From Treponema pedis (GTDB lineage: Bacteria; Spirochaetota; Spirochaetia; Treponematales; Treponemataceae), in assembly GCF_017161325.1 (NCBI RefSeq), contig NZ_CP045670.1:1107367-1171366 (forward strand): DNA of 64,000 nt, in the 5' to 3' direction. Below the pieces are notes generated by a model. The model had not been told where the DNA came from and did no database searches. It was given only the letters and a program-made list of their open reading frames with translations. Position numbers and translations under genes: made by a program. Within the stretch, counting starts at the first letter, position 1; each line of letters begins with the position of its first letter. Shown here piece by piece: positions 49,986 to 61,012 of this stretch.

Positions 49986-50371
49986 ATTTCCCTCCGAAAT
50001 TTTACCGAACGGTTTTTATATCATATACCTTATATATACCGTTAAAAGCGGTATTTTTTAAAATTGTATATGTCGTATCAATATCCTTAAAGTATTAGTA
50101 TATCATAAAACGAAAAAAAATGCTATTCGGTTTATTGTTTTAGGAGGTGTTTTAATTTTTCAAAAACCGCATATTGTACGGTAAATCCGTTTAAGCATAT
50201 ATAATCATAAATTTTTTGTAAGAGGCTGTATTCTGCTATTAAAATAAGACCTTCTCTATTTAACCTCGGCATACTTTAAATTTAACGTAACTTTTCCGGC
50301 TCAGGCTCTTAAAATACGTTTAAAAATTCATATCTGGACACAAAGAGAAAAAAATGATAGTATAAAGAAAT

Positions 50372-51388
50372 ATGAGTGCTCAATTCCAAGAAAAAAATGA
50401 TGAAATAAGTTTGCTTGACTTATTTGTAGTTGTATTTAAATACAAAAAAATGATTATTCTTACGACTGTTTGTGCGGCCGTTTTTATCTTAATATATTCG
50501 GTTATTTCATTAATGCTTCCTCCTGAAAAATCGTTTTTGCCTAATGTATATAAGTCCACGGCTCTGATGCTTATAAAAACGCCCTCCGCCTCCTCGGCAG
50601 GAGGCTTATCGTCAAAACTGGAGTCAAGCGGTTTGGGTGATATAGCATCTCTTATGGGGTTCGGAGGAGCATCGGGACCTTCTTACAGTAAACTGGCGGC
50701 TTTTTTAGCTACTACTAATTCCCTCTTGGATGCGATAACTGAAGAATTCAATATTATTGAAAAGTATAAAATAGAAAAAAATCCTAAAACAAATGCAAGA
50801 AAAATTATATCGAGAAATTTAAAAGCGGCTTTAGACGAGAAAACCGGGGTATTTGCCATATCTTATGAAGATATCGACCCAGAATTTGCAAAAAACGTAA
50901 CTTCTTTTTGCGTAAAATATTACGACAATAAATTTATGGAATTGGGATTGGACCCCGATAAACTCGAAAAAGAAAATGTTGAAGCCGCCATTGCGACATG
51001 TTTAAATGATATAAAAACAATAAAGCTTAAAATTCAACAACTTGAAGAAAGGACCGCTTATAATTACAGTGCGAATATTTCCGAAATAGCCACCGAATCG
51101 GAACACTTAAGAATGGAACTTGAAACTCAAAAAAATATATACAGTCAGTTAAAAATAAAATTCGAAATTCTTAAAATAAAAGTAAGCAGCGAACACCCGG
51201 TTTTACAAGTTATAGAATACCCTGAAGTTCCGGAATCTAAGTCCAAACCGAGCAGGGGAATGCTTTGCATTATCGTAACTTTTACAGCCTTTCTTTTATC
51301 TCTTTTTATGGCCTTTGTATTAAATGCGGTAAAAAATATAAAAAACGACCCGGAAGCATTGGCAAAATTAAAAGGAACGAAAAAATGA
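50372..51388 (+). CDS. Wzz/chain-length-determinant (polysaccharide co-polymerase) family protein
   Basis: N-terminal EISLLDLFVVVFKYKKMIIL + TM, coiled-coil middle, C-terminal TM. Confidence 0.65.
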   Translation: MSAQFQEKNDEISLLDLFVVVFKYKKMIILTTVCAAVFILIYSVISLMLPPEKSFLPNVYKSTALMLIKTPSASSAGGLSSKLESSGLGDIASLMGFGGASGPSYSKLAAFLATTNSLLDAITEEFNIIEKYKIEKNPKTNARKIISRNLKAALDEKTGVFAISYEDIDPEFAKNVTSFCVKYYDNKFMELGLDPDKLEKENVEAAIATCLNDIKTIKLKIQQLEERTAYNYSANISEIATESEHLRMELETQKNIYSQLKIKFEILKIKVSSEHPVLQVIEYPEVPESKSKPSRGMLCIIVTFTAFLLSLFMAFVLNAVKNIKNDPEALAKLKGTKK

Positions 51389-52824
51389 AAAAATTGAAAT
51401 TTATATCCGCATTTTTAATCATAAGTGCTGTTGTATTAAATTTAAACGGTGAAGAAGCCGTTAACTTATCTACATCGCCTTCTCAGCATTCAGCTATTGA
51501 AGCTATGTCCAATCCCAACTATCTCGTAACCATAGGAGACGTTTACGAGCTCGGATACCTTGCAGGAGCAAAAGCCGTAACCTATAAAATAGTGGTGGAC
51601 GCTTCTTATAACGTACGCGTTGCAAATTTAACGATTATAAATGCCCGAGGATTAACCTTTTTACAGCTTAAAAGGCAAATTGAAAACATAATAGTTAAAA
51701 ATTATCCTATGAGCGGCGTACAATTTATTATGGTATCGCTGGGAGCTTTTACGGTTGCGGTAAGAGGTGAAGTAAAAACGGCCTTTGAAGCAAGCGTAAC
51801 GGGATTGGTACGTTTATCTAATGTAATTAAATCGGGCGTTACGGATTATTCGTCCATTCGGGATATTGAAATTCTTTCCGTTACAGGTACGAAAAAAAAA
51901 TATGATCTTTTTAAAGCAAAACGATACGGGGACTTTTCGCAAGACCCGTTTTTACGTCCCGGAGATACTGTTATAGTAAACAGAGTAAAACGCTCCGTTA
52001 CTATAGACGGAGGCATAGAAAGACCTGGAAAATACCAGCTTTTGGACGGTGAGGACTTAAAAGAGCTTATCGAAATTTACGGCGGAGGACTTGTCGAATT
52101 TGCCAACGAAAATAAGGTAACCGTTAAACACAATTCCAAAAGCACCGAATTTCCGTTAGGACAATCGGTAACTTTGGAAAAAGAAGAAGAATGGGCATCT
52201 TTTGAGCTTAAAAATTACGATTCGGTTTATGTTGAAAATTCCGCCTCATTAAAAGGCCTTGTCTATTTTGAAGGCTCCTTAAATTCGGCCGAAAAGGTTG
52301 TTCCCGTTCAGTTCACTATGGGAGATGATTTAGTTTCCGTAATAAGAGAAAGGCGGACTCTTTTTTCCTCTATGTCGGATACGAAAAACGCATATTTAAT
52401 GCGTAAGGGTCAAAAAATATATGAAAATTTTAACCGTATTTTTTACGACACGGAATATAGCGAAAAAATTCTTTTAGAGCATGAAGACAGAATTGTAGTT
52501 CCGTTTTTACAACAAGTTGTAATAGTGGCCGGAGCCGTAGTAAAACCGGGCTCATATCCTTACTCGCCGGGAAAGTCTTTTGAGTATTACGTATCCTTGG
52601 CTGGAGGATTTGACGTTACAAGAAACGTAGGTTCGGCAGTAGTTATAACCGACGCTTCAGGCAAAAAAATGAAAAAAACCGATGATATTTTACCGGATAC
52701 CGTAATAACTGCAAAATCAAACTCTTTTGTTTATAATTTCAGCAGGTATGCTCCCGTCGTATCAATAATTGCAACGGTACTCAGTATAGTTACATCAGTA
52801 ATAGCTCTTACACGAAATAGATAA
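51385..52824 (+). CDS. polysaccharide export protein (Wza-like, SLBB repeats)
   Basis: Start chosen at ATG 51385 (MKKLKFISAFLIISAVVL signal; ATGA overlap with the wzz-like stop); repeated soluble-ligand-binding beta-grasp-like segments; C-terminal TM. Confidence 0.6.
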   Translation: MKKLKFISAFLIISAVVLNLNGEEAVNLSTSPSQHSAIEAMSNPNYLVTIGDVYELGYLAGAKAVTYKIVVDASYNVRVANLTIINARGLTFLQLKRQIENIIVKNYPMSGVQFIMVSLGAFTVAVRGEVKTAFEASVTGLVRLSNVIKSGVTDYSSIRDIEILSVTGTKKKYDLFKAKRYGDFSQDPFLRPGDTVIVNRVKRSVTIDGGIERPGKYQLLDGEDLKELIEIYGGGLVEFANENKVTVKHNSKSTEFPLGQSVTLEKEEEWASFELKNYDSVYVENSASLKGLVYFEGSLNSAEKVVPVQFTMGDDLVSVIRERRTLFSSMSDTKNAYLMRKGQKIYENFNRIFYDTEYSEKILLEHEDRIVVPFLQQVVIVAGAVVKPGSYPYSPGKSFEYYVSLAGGFDVTRNVGSAVVITDASGKKMKKTDDILPDTVITAKSNSFVYNFSRYAPVVSIIATVLSIVTSVIALTRNR

Positions 52825-52852
52825 ATTTTAACCGAAATTAAGGAGTAAATAT

Positions 52853-53860
52853 ATGAGTTTTGTACAAAATATGAAACAAAAGGCAAAAGAATACGGCAAC
52901 CGCCTTGTTTTGCCTGAAGGAACGGAAGAAAGGACTTTAAAAGCCGCCCGCGCCATTGTAGACGAAAAACTGGTTTCGGAGCTTTTTTTAATCGGTAACG
53001 ACAGAGAAATCGTCGCCGCCGCCGGAAAAGCGGGGGTTAAACTTGACGGAATTACCGTCATTGAGCCGGTAAAATCGGAATGGCTTGATTCTTTTAGCGC
53101 CGCTTATTATGAAAAGCGTAAGGCTAAGGGTATGACCGAAGAGCAAGCCAAAACGGAAATGAGCTCCGCATTGGGTTTTGCGGCTATGATGCTTGTTCAA
53201 AATAAGGCGGACGCTATGGTAGCCGGAGCTTTTAACACAACCGCCGATGTTTTGCGCGCCGGATTGAAGGTTATAGGCACTCAAGCCGGAATGAAAACCG
53301 CATCTTCCTGCTTCTTAATGGATACTAAAAATCCCAATTTAGGTGCAAACGGAGTATTTATCTTTTCGGACTGTGCCGTAATTCCCAGCCCCTCTTCCGA
53401 ACAGCTTGCCGACATAGCCTGCTCCGCTGCTCAAAGCTGTAAAACCTTTACCGGTGCGGAACCTATAGTAGCAATGCTCTCGTTTTCCACCAAGGGTTCA
53501 GGCGGCGACAAAGACGAAAACATTTTACGGGTACGCGAAGCGGTAAAAATACTTAAAGAACGCAAACCCGATTTTATTTTTGACGGAGAAATCCAATTGG
53601 ATTGCGCAATCGTGCCTTCGGTAATGCAAAAAAAAGCTCCCGATTCTCCCGTAAAAGGAATGGCAAACACCCTAATCTTCCCCGATTTGGGCGCAGGCAA
53701 CATCGGGTATAAACTCGTACAAAGAATTGCCGGCGCGGAAGCTCTGGGCCCCTTCCTTCAAGGATTTGCAAAGCCGATTTCGGATTTATCGCGCGGCTGC
53801 TCGGTTGACGATATTATAACAACCTCTGCCGTAACCCTGGTTCAAGCGGGGAAAAAATAA
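52853..53860 (+). CDS. pta: phosphate acetyltransferase (short-form Pta)
   Basis: 335 aa; Pta/Ptb family pattern throughout; AAGGAG SD. Confidence 0.85.
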   Translation: MSFVQNMKQKAKEYGNRLVLPEGTEERTLKAARAIVDEKLVSELFLIGNDREIVAAAGKAGVKLDGITVIEPVKSEWLDSFSAAYYEKRKAKGMTEEQAKTEMSSALGFAAMMLVQNKADAMVAGAFNTTADVLRAGLKVIGTQAGMKTASSCFLMDTKNPNLGANGVFIFSDCAVIPSPSSEQLADIACSAAQSCKTFTGAEPIVAMLSFSTKGSGGDKDENILRVREAVKILKERKPDFIFDGEIQLDCAIVPSVMQKKAPDSPVKGMANTLIFPDLGAGNIGYKLVQRIAGAEALGPFLQGFAKPISDLSRGCSVDDIITTSAVTLVQAGKK

Positions 53861-53881
53861 TTTTTCCTAAAAATAAAATAA

Positions 53882-55732
53882 ATGGCTAAGTCCGTACATA
53901 CCTTAATTGCCGAAGCTGTAGAAGCGGGAAAAAAAAGAGATTATAAGACTTCCATTAAAATATTGGAAAATTTAGCCGCACAGGGCTTAGCCGAAACTTC
54001 TTCGCCCTTTGCCGCTGAAAAAAACGGCAATCCTGAAATATACTTATACCTTTCACGCAGCTGGGCTGCCGAAAAAAACTTTACGCGGGCAATTGCTTAC
54101 GGACGAGCCTATATAAAACGCTGCGGAAACGACGGTACCGGCTGGTTTTTCTTAGGAAGAAACTATATTCTGGCGGAGCAATTCGACAAAGCCGCATACT
54201 GTTTGGAAAAAAGCCTTAAAATAAACCCCTCAATTCTTGAAACACGCGCAATGCTCGGTCTTGCATATTTAAAAGGAAAAAAAGCCCGTCTTGCCCGTCA
54301 GGTTTTTGAACAAGCCCTAAAGTATGACCCCGGCAATATAAAATTGAACAACGGGTACTTAAACTCGCTTTTTATAGAAGCCGTGAACGAACTTAGAAAC
54401 GGAAGTCTTGATATGGCCTCCCAAATGTTCACTTTTGTAATAAACAACAAAATGGACGGTGTTCTTCCGAGATTATATCTTGCCCACTCATTAAAAATGC
54501 AAGGTCTCTTATCCGAAGCTCTCTTACAATACGAAGCCGCCTGTAAATTCGCTCCGGAAGATGCCTCTCTTAAATGGTACACCGCAATGATTAAAATGGA
54601 GCTGGGCGATGCGGCAGGTGCATGCGAGGATTTGGCGGGTTTAGGCATTCAAATACCTGATGACGGAATTTCGGGACAATTCTTTGCTCTTGGCGCCGTT
54701 AAAAAACACCTTGAATCCGGCAATTATTCACGGGCGGCAACGGCCGCAAGAATTTATATACGAACCTTCGGAAGCGACATCGAAATAAGACTGTTGGCAG
54801 CCGAAGCTCAACGCTTAATGGGCAATATAAACACCGCATTAAACCATTATAAATGCGCAATAGAGCATGACCCGCAAAGCCCGTATCCTCATTACGGTAT
54901 ACTGCTTTCTCTGCAAGAATCCTTCAGATGGGAAGAATTAAGCAGTGCAATTTTAAGGGCCGAAGCCGCAAATGTATGCGACGAAAATGAAATCTACTAT
55001 TACAAAATAATTACCGCAGCCCATATCGACAACCCTCCCGAAGAAGTTTTGCCCCACCTTCAAAGCTTAATTCAAAACGGAAGGGCGGATTGTGCAATCT
55101 TTAACGCAATGGGGTGTTCATATGTTAAACTGGATATGCCTGAACTTGCCGTCAAATGGTACGAAAAAGCCTTGCAATTAAATCCCAATGACGAAGAAGC
55201 CGCTATCGGAAAAATCGCATGTTTTGAAGCTCTGGATATGGAAAAAGAAGCTCACAGCCAATATACAAGCTGCCTAAAAAACTACAGCGGCAACATATAC
55301 CTTCGCCGCGACTTTATTCAATTTTTAGAGAAGGGTGAAAAATGGGAAGAAGCTGCAAACCAGCTTGAAATTCTGACGGGACAAACTGAAGGAGTAAACT
55401 TCGACCCGGAACTTGCATTATTCAGACGGAAAGCGGGACAATATCAAAAAGCGGCAATTTTATATAGAAAAATGCTATTGGCAAAACCTGAAGAGCGGAT
55501 TTTATTGCATAATCTGGTATTTTGTCTCGATAAAATGAAACAGACAAAAACAGCTCTGGAGCTGCTGAAAACAGCCCGTAAAACCTTCGGAATAAATGCG
55601 GATACGTTTTTAATTGAAGGTATTTTGCAAATGCGTTTAAAAAATAAAGAAGATGCGATACGGATTTTCCAGTACATTGCGGAAAAATATCCTCAAAACA
55701 GACACGCTGCGGAATTTTTAAAGAAAGTTTAA
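53882..55732 (+). CDS. tetratricopeptide repeat protein
   Basis: 616 aa of recognisable TPR units (W-LG-Y--A---Y-KAL-L-P). Confidence 0.7.
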   Translation: MAKSVHTLIAEAVEAGKKRDYKTSIKILENLAAQGLAETSSPFAAEKNGNPEIYLYLSRSWAAEKNFTRAIAYGRAYIKRCGNDGTGWFFLGRNYILAEQFDKAAYCLEKSLKINPSILETRAMLGLAYLKGKKARLARQVFEQALKYDPGNIKLNNGYLNSLFIEAVNELRNGSLDMASQMFTFVINNKMDGVLPRLYLAHSLKMQGLLSEALLQYEAACKFAPEDASLKWYTAMIKMELGDAAGACEDLAGLGIQIPDDGISGQFFALGAVKKHLESGNYSRAATAARIYIRTFGSDIEIRLLAAEAQRLMGNINTALNHYKCAIEHDPQSPYPHYGILLSLQESFRWEELSSAILRAEAANVCDENEIYYYKIITAAHIDNPPEEVLPHLQSLIQNGRADCAIFNAMGCSYVKLDMPELAVKWYEKALQLNPNDEEAAIGKIACFEALDMEKEAHSQYTSCLKNYSGNIYLRRDFIQFLEKGEKWEEAANQLEILTGQTEGVNFDPELALFRRKAGQYQKAAILYRKMLLAKPEERILLHNLVFCLDKMKQTKTALELLKTARKTFGINADTFLIEGILQMRLKNKEDAIRIFQYIAEKYPQNRHAAEFLKKV

Positions 55733-55816
55733 CCTGTCGAACCGCCCATACACGTTTATTTTAAATTGATATTTATGTTTTAAAAAGAAATCCCCTTGAA
55801 CCTCTTGAGTCCGTTA

Positions 55817-55870
55817 TTTTAACTGCGGGTTTGCCTTTCGGCAAACGTCGTGATTGTATGCCGTTTTTCA
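55817..55870 (-). repeat. inverted partial copy (~54 nt, ~90% identical) of the 165-bp repeat unit found at 63381-64000, flanked by a short inverted repeat (cttgagtc 55804-55811 / gactcaag 55881-55888)
   Basis: Revcomp of 55817-55870 reads gaaaaacggcatacaatcacgacgtttgccgaaaggcaaacccgcagttaaaat, matching the unit core including the GAAA-tetraloop hairpin. Confidence 0.6.
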
Positions 55871-55897
55871 TACTTACAGAGACTCAAGGGATAAAAG

Positions 55898-57736
55898 CTA
55901 TTTTTTCAGTTCTTCCAAAACTTTTTCAAGTTCGTCTACGATTTTTGCAAAGTTATCGCAGGCGGCCTGTACGGGTTCGGGGCTTGACATATCCACTCCC
56001 GCAACCCTAAGCGATTCAATCGGGTAGCGGGAACCGCCCGATTTTAAGAATTTAAAATAATCTTCACGCTCGGAACTGCCGCCCGAACAAACCCGTTCCG
56101 CAAGAGCCATAGAGGCTGAAATACCGGTAGAATATTTATAAACATAAAACGCTCTATAAAAGTGAGGAATACGTAAACCTTCCAAATCGCTTACATCTTC
56201 AAACACCATTTCGGGACCGAAATAAGTTGTCAAAAGTTTTTTGTACTCGCTTCTCAAATTGTCCACCGTAAGAGGAGTTCCGCTTTCAACGAGAGCGTGA
56301 GTTATCTTTTCGTATTCGGCAAACATAGTTTGGCGGTAAAGAGTTGCAAGCACATCGGACGCCCTTACACTTAAAAGGTAGGCTTTCATTTTCGGGTCGG
56401 AGGCGGTTTTAAGCATATACCTGAATAAAAGCTCTTCGTTAAATGTGGAGGCAACTTCAGCTTCAAAAATGGTATAGTGATAGCAGGGATATGGATTGTT
56501 GTGTGTAGAATACCATGAGTGCATTGAGTGCCCGCCTTCGTGGATAAGGGTAAACACATCACGTATAACATCTTCCTTATAGTTCATAAGAATGTATGGG
56601 TCACCGTCATACCCGCCGGCAGAAAAAGCCCCGGAGCGTTTTCCTTCATTTTCGTACTTATCGACCCAACCGTTTAAAAGTCCGTTGCGGATTGTTTTTA
56701 CATACTCCTCTCCCAGAGGTTGAAGAGCTTCCGTAATAATATCTACAGCTTCATTATAAGGTGTAATTTTTTTTACTTCGCTTACAAGCGGAATATACAC
56801 ATCGTAATGCCTCAGTTCTTTTACGTTTAAATTCTTTTTTATAAGCCCGTAAAATTTATAAAGAGGTGCCAAATTCTTATGTACGGTATCGATTAAATTA
56901 TCGTAAACCGAAACGGGTACCTTATCGGGATAAAGCGCACGTTCGCGTGCGGAATTGTATCCGCGTATTTTTGAAAGAGCAACATTTTGTTGAACCTGTC
57001 CCGTATATAAACTTGCAATAGTATTTTTATGGTTATTGTAAACTCCGTAAAGCTGCTTATACGCTTTTTCGCGCAAAGAGCGGTTAGGGTTTAACATCAA
57101 TTTCGAATATGAAGATTGGGTAAGTTGAATCTCTCCCTCTTCGGTTTCAATTTTACCGAAATCCAAATCGACATTGGTTAAAACCGAATAAGTTTGGCTG
57201 GGTGTTCCGTGAGGCTCACGTAAAAGGCTTAAAATCTTTTCTTCTTTGTCGGAAAGAGTATGAGGTTTTAAGTGAAGAGTTTTTTCAAGAGATACTTTAA
57301 AATCGGCAAAATCTTTTCCCGTAGGGCCTTCGGGGTCAATCCAAGAGCGGATTTTTTCTTCAGGGATTTCCATAATGGCGGGCATTAACCAGCTTGTTGC
57401 GGCGGAAAGTTCGGTAACCGTCATCATATATTTTCCCATACGCTGAATATTTTCCGCATCTCCCTCATTTGAAGATTTCATCAAAAATGCATAATTGCCG
57501 ACCTTTTCCGCAATACGGTCAACATTTGTAGAAGCTTTTAAGCAGGCAAGTAAGGTTGCCGCATCAATGGTTTCGGGTTTTGAAAAAGCTTCTTTGTATT
57601 TTAAGATTTCTTTTCCTCCGGCGGGAATGGAAGCGAGAGCGGCTTCCCATTCTTCATCATTTTTAAAAAGCAATTCAATGTTCCATTTATCGCAGGCAGC
57701 AATTTCGGAACGTTTCGGTGTAGTTAAGTTTTTCAT
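55898..57736 (-). CDS. pepF: oligoendopeptidase F (M3 family)
   Basis: 612 aa; HEGGHSMHS zinc motif; M3B pattern. Confidence 0.85.
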   Translation of the reverse strand: MKNLTTPKRSEIAACDKWNIELLFKNDEEWEAALASIPAGGKEILKYKEAFSKPETIDAATLLACLKASTNVDRIAEKVGNYAFLMKSSNEGDAENIQRMGKYMMTVTELSAATSWLMPAIMEIPEEKIRSWIDPEGPTGKDFADFKVSLEKTLHLKPHTLSDKEEKILSLLREPHGTPSQTYSVLTNVDLDFGKIETEEGEIQLTQSSYSKLMLNPNRSLREKAYKQLYGVYNNHKNTIASLYTGQVQQNVALSKIRGYNSARERALYPDKVPVSVYDNLIDTVHKNLAPLYKFYGLIKKNLNVKELRHYDVYIPLVSEVKKITPYNEAVDIITEALQPLGEEYVKTIRNGLLNGWVDKYENEGKRSGAFSAGGYDGDPYILMNYKEDVIRDVFTLIHEGGHSMHSWYSTHNNPYPCYHYTIFEAEVASTFNEELLFRYMLKTASDPKMKAYLLSVRASDVLATLYRQTMFAEYEKITHALVESGTPLTVDNLRSEYKKLLTTYFGPEMVFEDVSDLEGLRIPHFYRAFYVYKYSTGISASMALAERVCSGGSSEREDYFKFLKSGGSRYPIESLRVAGVDMSSPEPVQAACDNFAKIVDELEKVLEELKK

Positions 57737-57780
57737 ACTTTAATTATACACTAAGTATGTGTAATTGGCAAGAGAAAGAT

Positions 57781-57816
57781 TTAAAAATATCGGGCATAAA
57801 TAATGACGCCCGATAT
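57781..57816 (-). terminator. intrinsic terminator downstream of clpB
   Basis: 9-bp stem atatcgggc/gcccgatat with a T-run on the minus strand; a second small hairpin aacgg-caa-ccgtt at ~57850. Confidence 0.4.
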
Positions 57817-57859
57817 TTTTTATATTAACTTAAATCGTTTAAAAATAAAACGGCAACCG

Positions 57860-60439
57860 TTACCCTTTTTTAAAAGTTAATCCCGCTTCTCCCTTATCGA
57901 CAAAGATAGTAGAGCCTTCCGGGAATTTACCTTCAAGCACTTCACGTGCAAGTTTATTTTCAAGTTCTGCTTGAATTGCTCTTTTTAAAGGTCTTGCCCC
58001 GAACATCGGGTCAAAGCCTATGTCGGCAAGTAAATCCTTTGCGGCGTCCGAAACTTTTAAATTCAAGCGGCGGGCTTGAAGACGCTCCGCAACGGAAGCG
58101 AGCTGGATTTCGACAATCTTACGTATATGTTCTTTTTCGAGCCGGTTAAATGTAATAATTTCATCAATACGGTTTAAAAATTCGGGTTTAAAGTTAGCGC
58201 GCAAAATTTCGGTAATTTGCGGTTTTATACTCTTCATATCTTTTGCACCGAGAATAAATTCCGAACCGATATTGCTCGTCATAATTATAATCGTATTTTT
58301 AAAATCTATTATTCTGCCCTGTCCGTCCGTAAGTCTTCCGTCATCTAAAATCTGTAAAAATACATTAAACACATCCTGATGTGCTTTTTCGATTTCGTCG
58401 AATAAGACTACGCTGTAAGGACGGCGGCGGACGGCTTCGGTAAGCTGACCGCCCTCATCATAACCGACATATCCCGGAGGAGCTCCGATTAAGCGGCTTA
58501 CGGAATGTTTTTCCATATATTCGCTCATATCGATTCTTGTCAAGGCTTTTTCATCGTTAAATAAAAAATCCGCAAGCGTACGGGCAAGTTCGGTTTTACC
58601 GACACCTGTAGGGCCTATGCACAAAAAACTTCCCAAAGGACGGTTCATATCGGAAAGTCCCGCCTTGTTTCTGCGGATTGCGTCCGCAGTAACCCGTACG
58701 GCTTCATCTTGTCCGACAACTCGCTGTTGTAAAACCTTTTCCAAATCCAAGTATTTTTGCATTTCGCTTGCCATCATTTTTGCAACCGGAATCCCCGTCC
58801 ACATTGAAACTATTTTAGCTATATCTTCTTCGCAAACTTCTTCGCGCAAAAGCTGCCCTGCGGAACCCGCTTTTTTTTCAAGTTCGGCGGTAACCGCCGC
58901 AATCTTTTTTTCAAGTTCCGGGATTTTTCCGTATTTTAATTCGGCAGCCTTATTTAAATTTCCTTCGCGGCTGTAGCGAGTTTCTTCATTTCTAAGCTGC
59001 TCCAATTCTTTTTTATATTCACGGGATTCGTCTATGCGGGATTTTTCATTTTGCCACTGAGCCTGCATAGCATTCCGTTTTTCGCTTAGCTCTGCGAGTT
59101 CTTCTTCCACTTTTTTAAGCCTTTCTTTTGAAGCCGCATCGGATTCTTTACCGATAGAAACTTTTTCTATGTTTAATTGCAAAATTTTCCGTTCGACCTG
59201 GTCAAGCTCTACGGGCTGACTTTCAATTTCCATTTTAAGACGGCTTGCGGCTTCATCAACCAAGTCTATTGCCTTATCCGGCAAAAAGCGGCTTGTTATG
59301 TAGCGGTCGGAAAGAACGGCGGCTGCAATCAATGCTTCATCGCGAATTCTTACGCCATGATGCACTTCATATTTTTCCTGTAAACCGCGCAATATTGCAA
59401 TCGTATCTTCCACTGTCGGTTCCGGGCAATACACTTGCTGAAAACGGCGCTCAAGAGCGGCATCTTTTTCTATATATTTACGGTATTCGTTGAGAGTAGT
59501 AGCACCGATTGCTCGAAGTTCTCCCCGTGCTAAGGCGGGTTTTAAAAGATTTGAAGCGTCCATAGACCCTTCACTCGCACCGGCTCCTACCAGAGTATGA
59601 AGCTCATCTATAAATAAAATAACCTTGCCTTCCGATTTTTGCACTTCGGAAATTACAGCCTTAAGCCGCTCTTCAAATTCGCCGCGGAATTTAGCCCCCG
59701 CAACCAAGGCTCCCAAGTCAAGCGATAAAAGGCGCTTTCCTTTTAAGCTGTCGGGAACATCGCCTGAAACAATTCTCCGCGCCAAGCCTTCAACTATTGC
59801 GGTTTTTCCTACACCCGGCTCTCCTATTAAAACCGGATTGTTTTTCGTTCGGCGTGAAAGCACTTGCATAACACGTCTTATTTCTTCATCGCGGCCTATA
59901 ACGGGGTCTATTTTTTCCTGACGTGCAAGCTGTGTTAAATCGCGGCAAAATTTTTCCAAACTTTGAAATGTGGATTCGGGATTATCGGTTGTAACACGGT
60001 TATTACCGCGTATTTCTTTTAATGCGGAAAGAACCGCTTTAAAATTTATTCCGCGCGAGCGTAAAAGATTTCCCGCAGAATCTTGCGCTTCGGTTAAAGC
60101 TAAAAGAAAATGCTCTGTAGAAACGTAATCGTCTTTCAGTTTATCGGCATATCCTTCCGCATGGGCAAACACTTTTGCCAAAAGCGGCGACATATAAGTT
60201 TGTGCCGACTGTCCAGTAACTCGGGGCTTTTTATCGAGGATTTTATCAAGTTCATCTAAAATAGAATCAGGCTGAACGCCTATCTTTTCTACAATCGGCG
60301 GAACAATTCCGTCTTCCTGTTCCAAAAGAACATACAAAAGATGTTCGCTTTCAATTTGACTGTGGTCGTCCCGCTGAGCAAGGGACGAAGCTTCCTGCAC
60401 GGCTTCGCTTGCTTTAACGGTGTATTTATCCATATTCAT
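57860..60439 (-). CDS. clpB: ATP-dependent chaperone ClpB
   Basis: 859 aa; two AAA+ modules ([16 protein letters not shown]), coiled-coil middle domain. Confidence 0.92.
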   Translation of the reverse strand: MNMDKYTVKASEAVQEASSLAQRDDHSQIESEHLLYVLLEQEDGIVPPIVEKIGVQPDSILDELDKILDKKPRVTGQSAQTYMSPLLAKVFAHAEGYADKLKDDYVSTEHFLLALTEAQDSAGNLLRSRGINFKAVLSALKEIRGNNRVTTDNPESTFQSLEKFCRDLTQLARQEKIDPVIGRDEEIRRVMQVLSRRTKNNPVLIGEPGVGKTAIVEGLARRIVSGDVPDSLKGKRLLSLDLGALVAGAKFRGEFEERLKAVISEVQKSEGKVILFIDELHTLVGAGASEGSMDASNLLKPALARGELRAIGATTLNEYRKYIEKDAALERRFQQVYCPEPTVEDTIAILRGLQEKYEVHHGVRIRDEALIAAAVLSDRYITSRFLPDKAIDLVDEAASRLKMEIESQPVELDQVERKILQLNIEKVSIGKESDAASKERLKKVEEELAELSEKRNAMQAQWQNEKSRIDESREYKKELEQLRNEETRYSREGNLNKAAELKYGKIPELEKKIAAVTAELEKKAGSAGQLLREEVCEEDIAKIVSMWTGIPVAKMMASEMQKYLDLEKVLQQRVVGQDEAVRVTADAIRRNKAGLSDMNRPLGSFLCIGPTGVGKTELARTLADFLFNDEKALTRIDMSEYMEKHSVSRLIGAPPGYVGYDEGGQLTEAVRRRPYSVVLFDEIEKAHQDVFNVFLQILDDGRLTDGQGRIIDFKNTIIIMTSNIGSEFILGAKDMKSIKPQITEILRANFKPEFLNRIDEIITFNRLEKEHIRKIVEIQLASVAERLQARRLNLKVSDAAKDLLADIGFDPMFGARPLKRAIQAELENKLAREVLEGKFPEGSTIFVDKGEAGLTFKKG

Positions 60440-60963
60440 ATAAAAGAATTTAATAAAAAAACGGAAGAAAGTAAAGAGTCGGAGGACTTAAAGATAAGTT
60501 CCGATATATTTTTATATATTTTTATTCTTTTATTGTAAATGGAATAAAGAATATTTTTTGCTTTTTCTTCCGTCGGATTTTCCCCCAGAAATTTGGGATA
60601 ACCTTTCCCCGAGGAAACTTCTTTTTTTATACGCTCGAAAATTATTTCAATATCCGTATCAAGTAAAACGGTTCTCTTGGAATTTTTTAAAAACTCTACG
60701 GCATCGGAATTTTCTGCAATGCCGCCGCCCGTGCATATAACCGAACTTTTGTCGGCGCAGTGTATGCTTATTTCTTTTAAAATATCGAACTCGGCTATAC
60801 GGAATTTTTTTTCACCTAAATTCTTATAAATATCGCTTATTTTAAGTCCGTATTTTTTTTCAAGCTCTGCATCCGTATCGAAAAAAAATGCGCCGCATTT
60901 TTTTGCAAGAGTTTTTCCCGTTTCGGTTTTGCCTGCACGGCTCATTCCGACTATAAAAAGCAT
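60436..60963 (-). CDS. aroK: shikimate kinase
   Basis: 175 aa; P-loop GMSRAGKT; 4-bp overlap with the clpB start. Confidence 0.8.
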   Translation of the reverse strand: MLFIVGMSRAGKTETGKTLAKKCGAFFFDTDAELEKKYGLKISDIYKNLGEKKFRIAEFDILKEISIHCADKSSVICTGGGIAENSDAVEFLKNSKRTVLLDTDIEIIFERIKKEVSSGKGYPKFLGENPTEEKAKNILYSIYNKRIKIYKNISELIFKSSDSLLSSVFLLNSFI

Positions 60964-61012
60964 TTGTTTTCTCCACTTGATTTTAATTTTTATTCATTAT
61001 ATTATAAATAAT

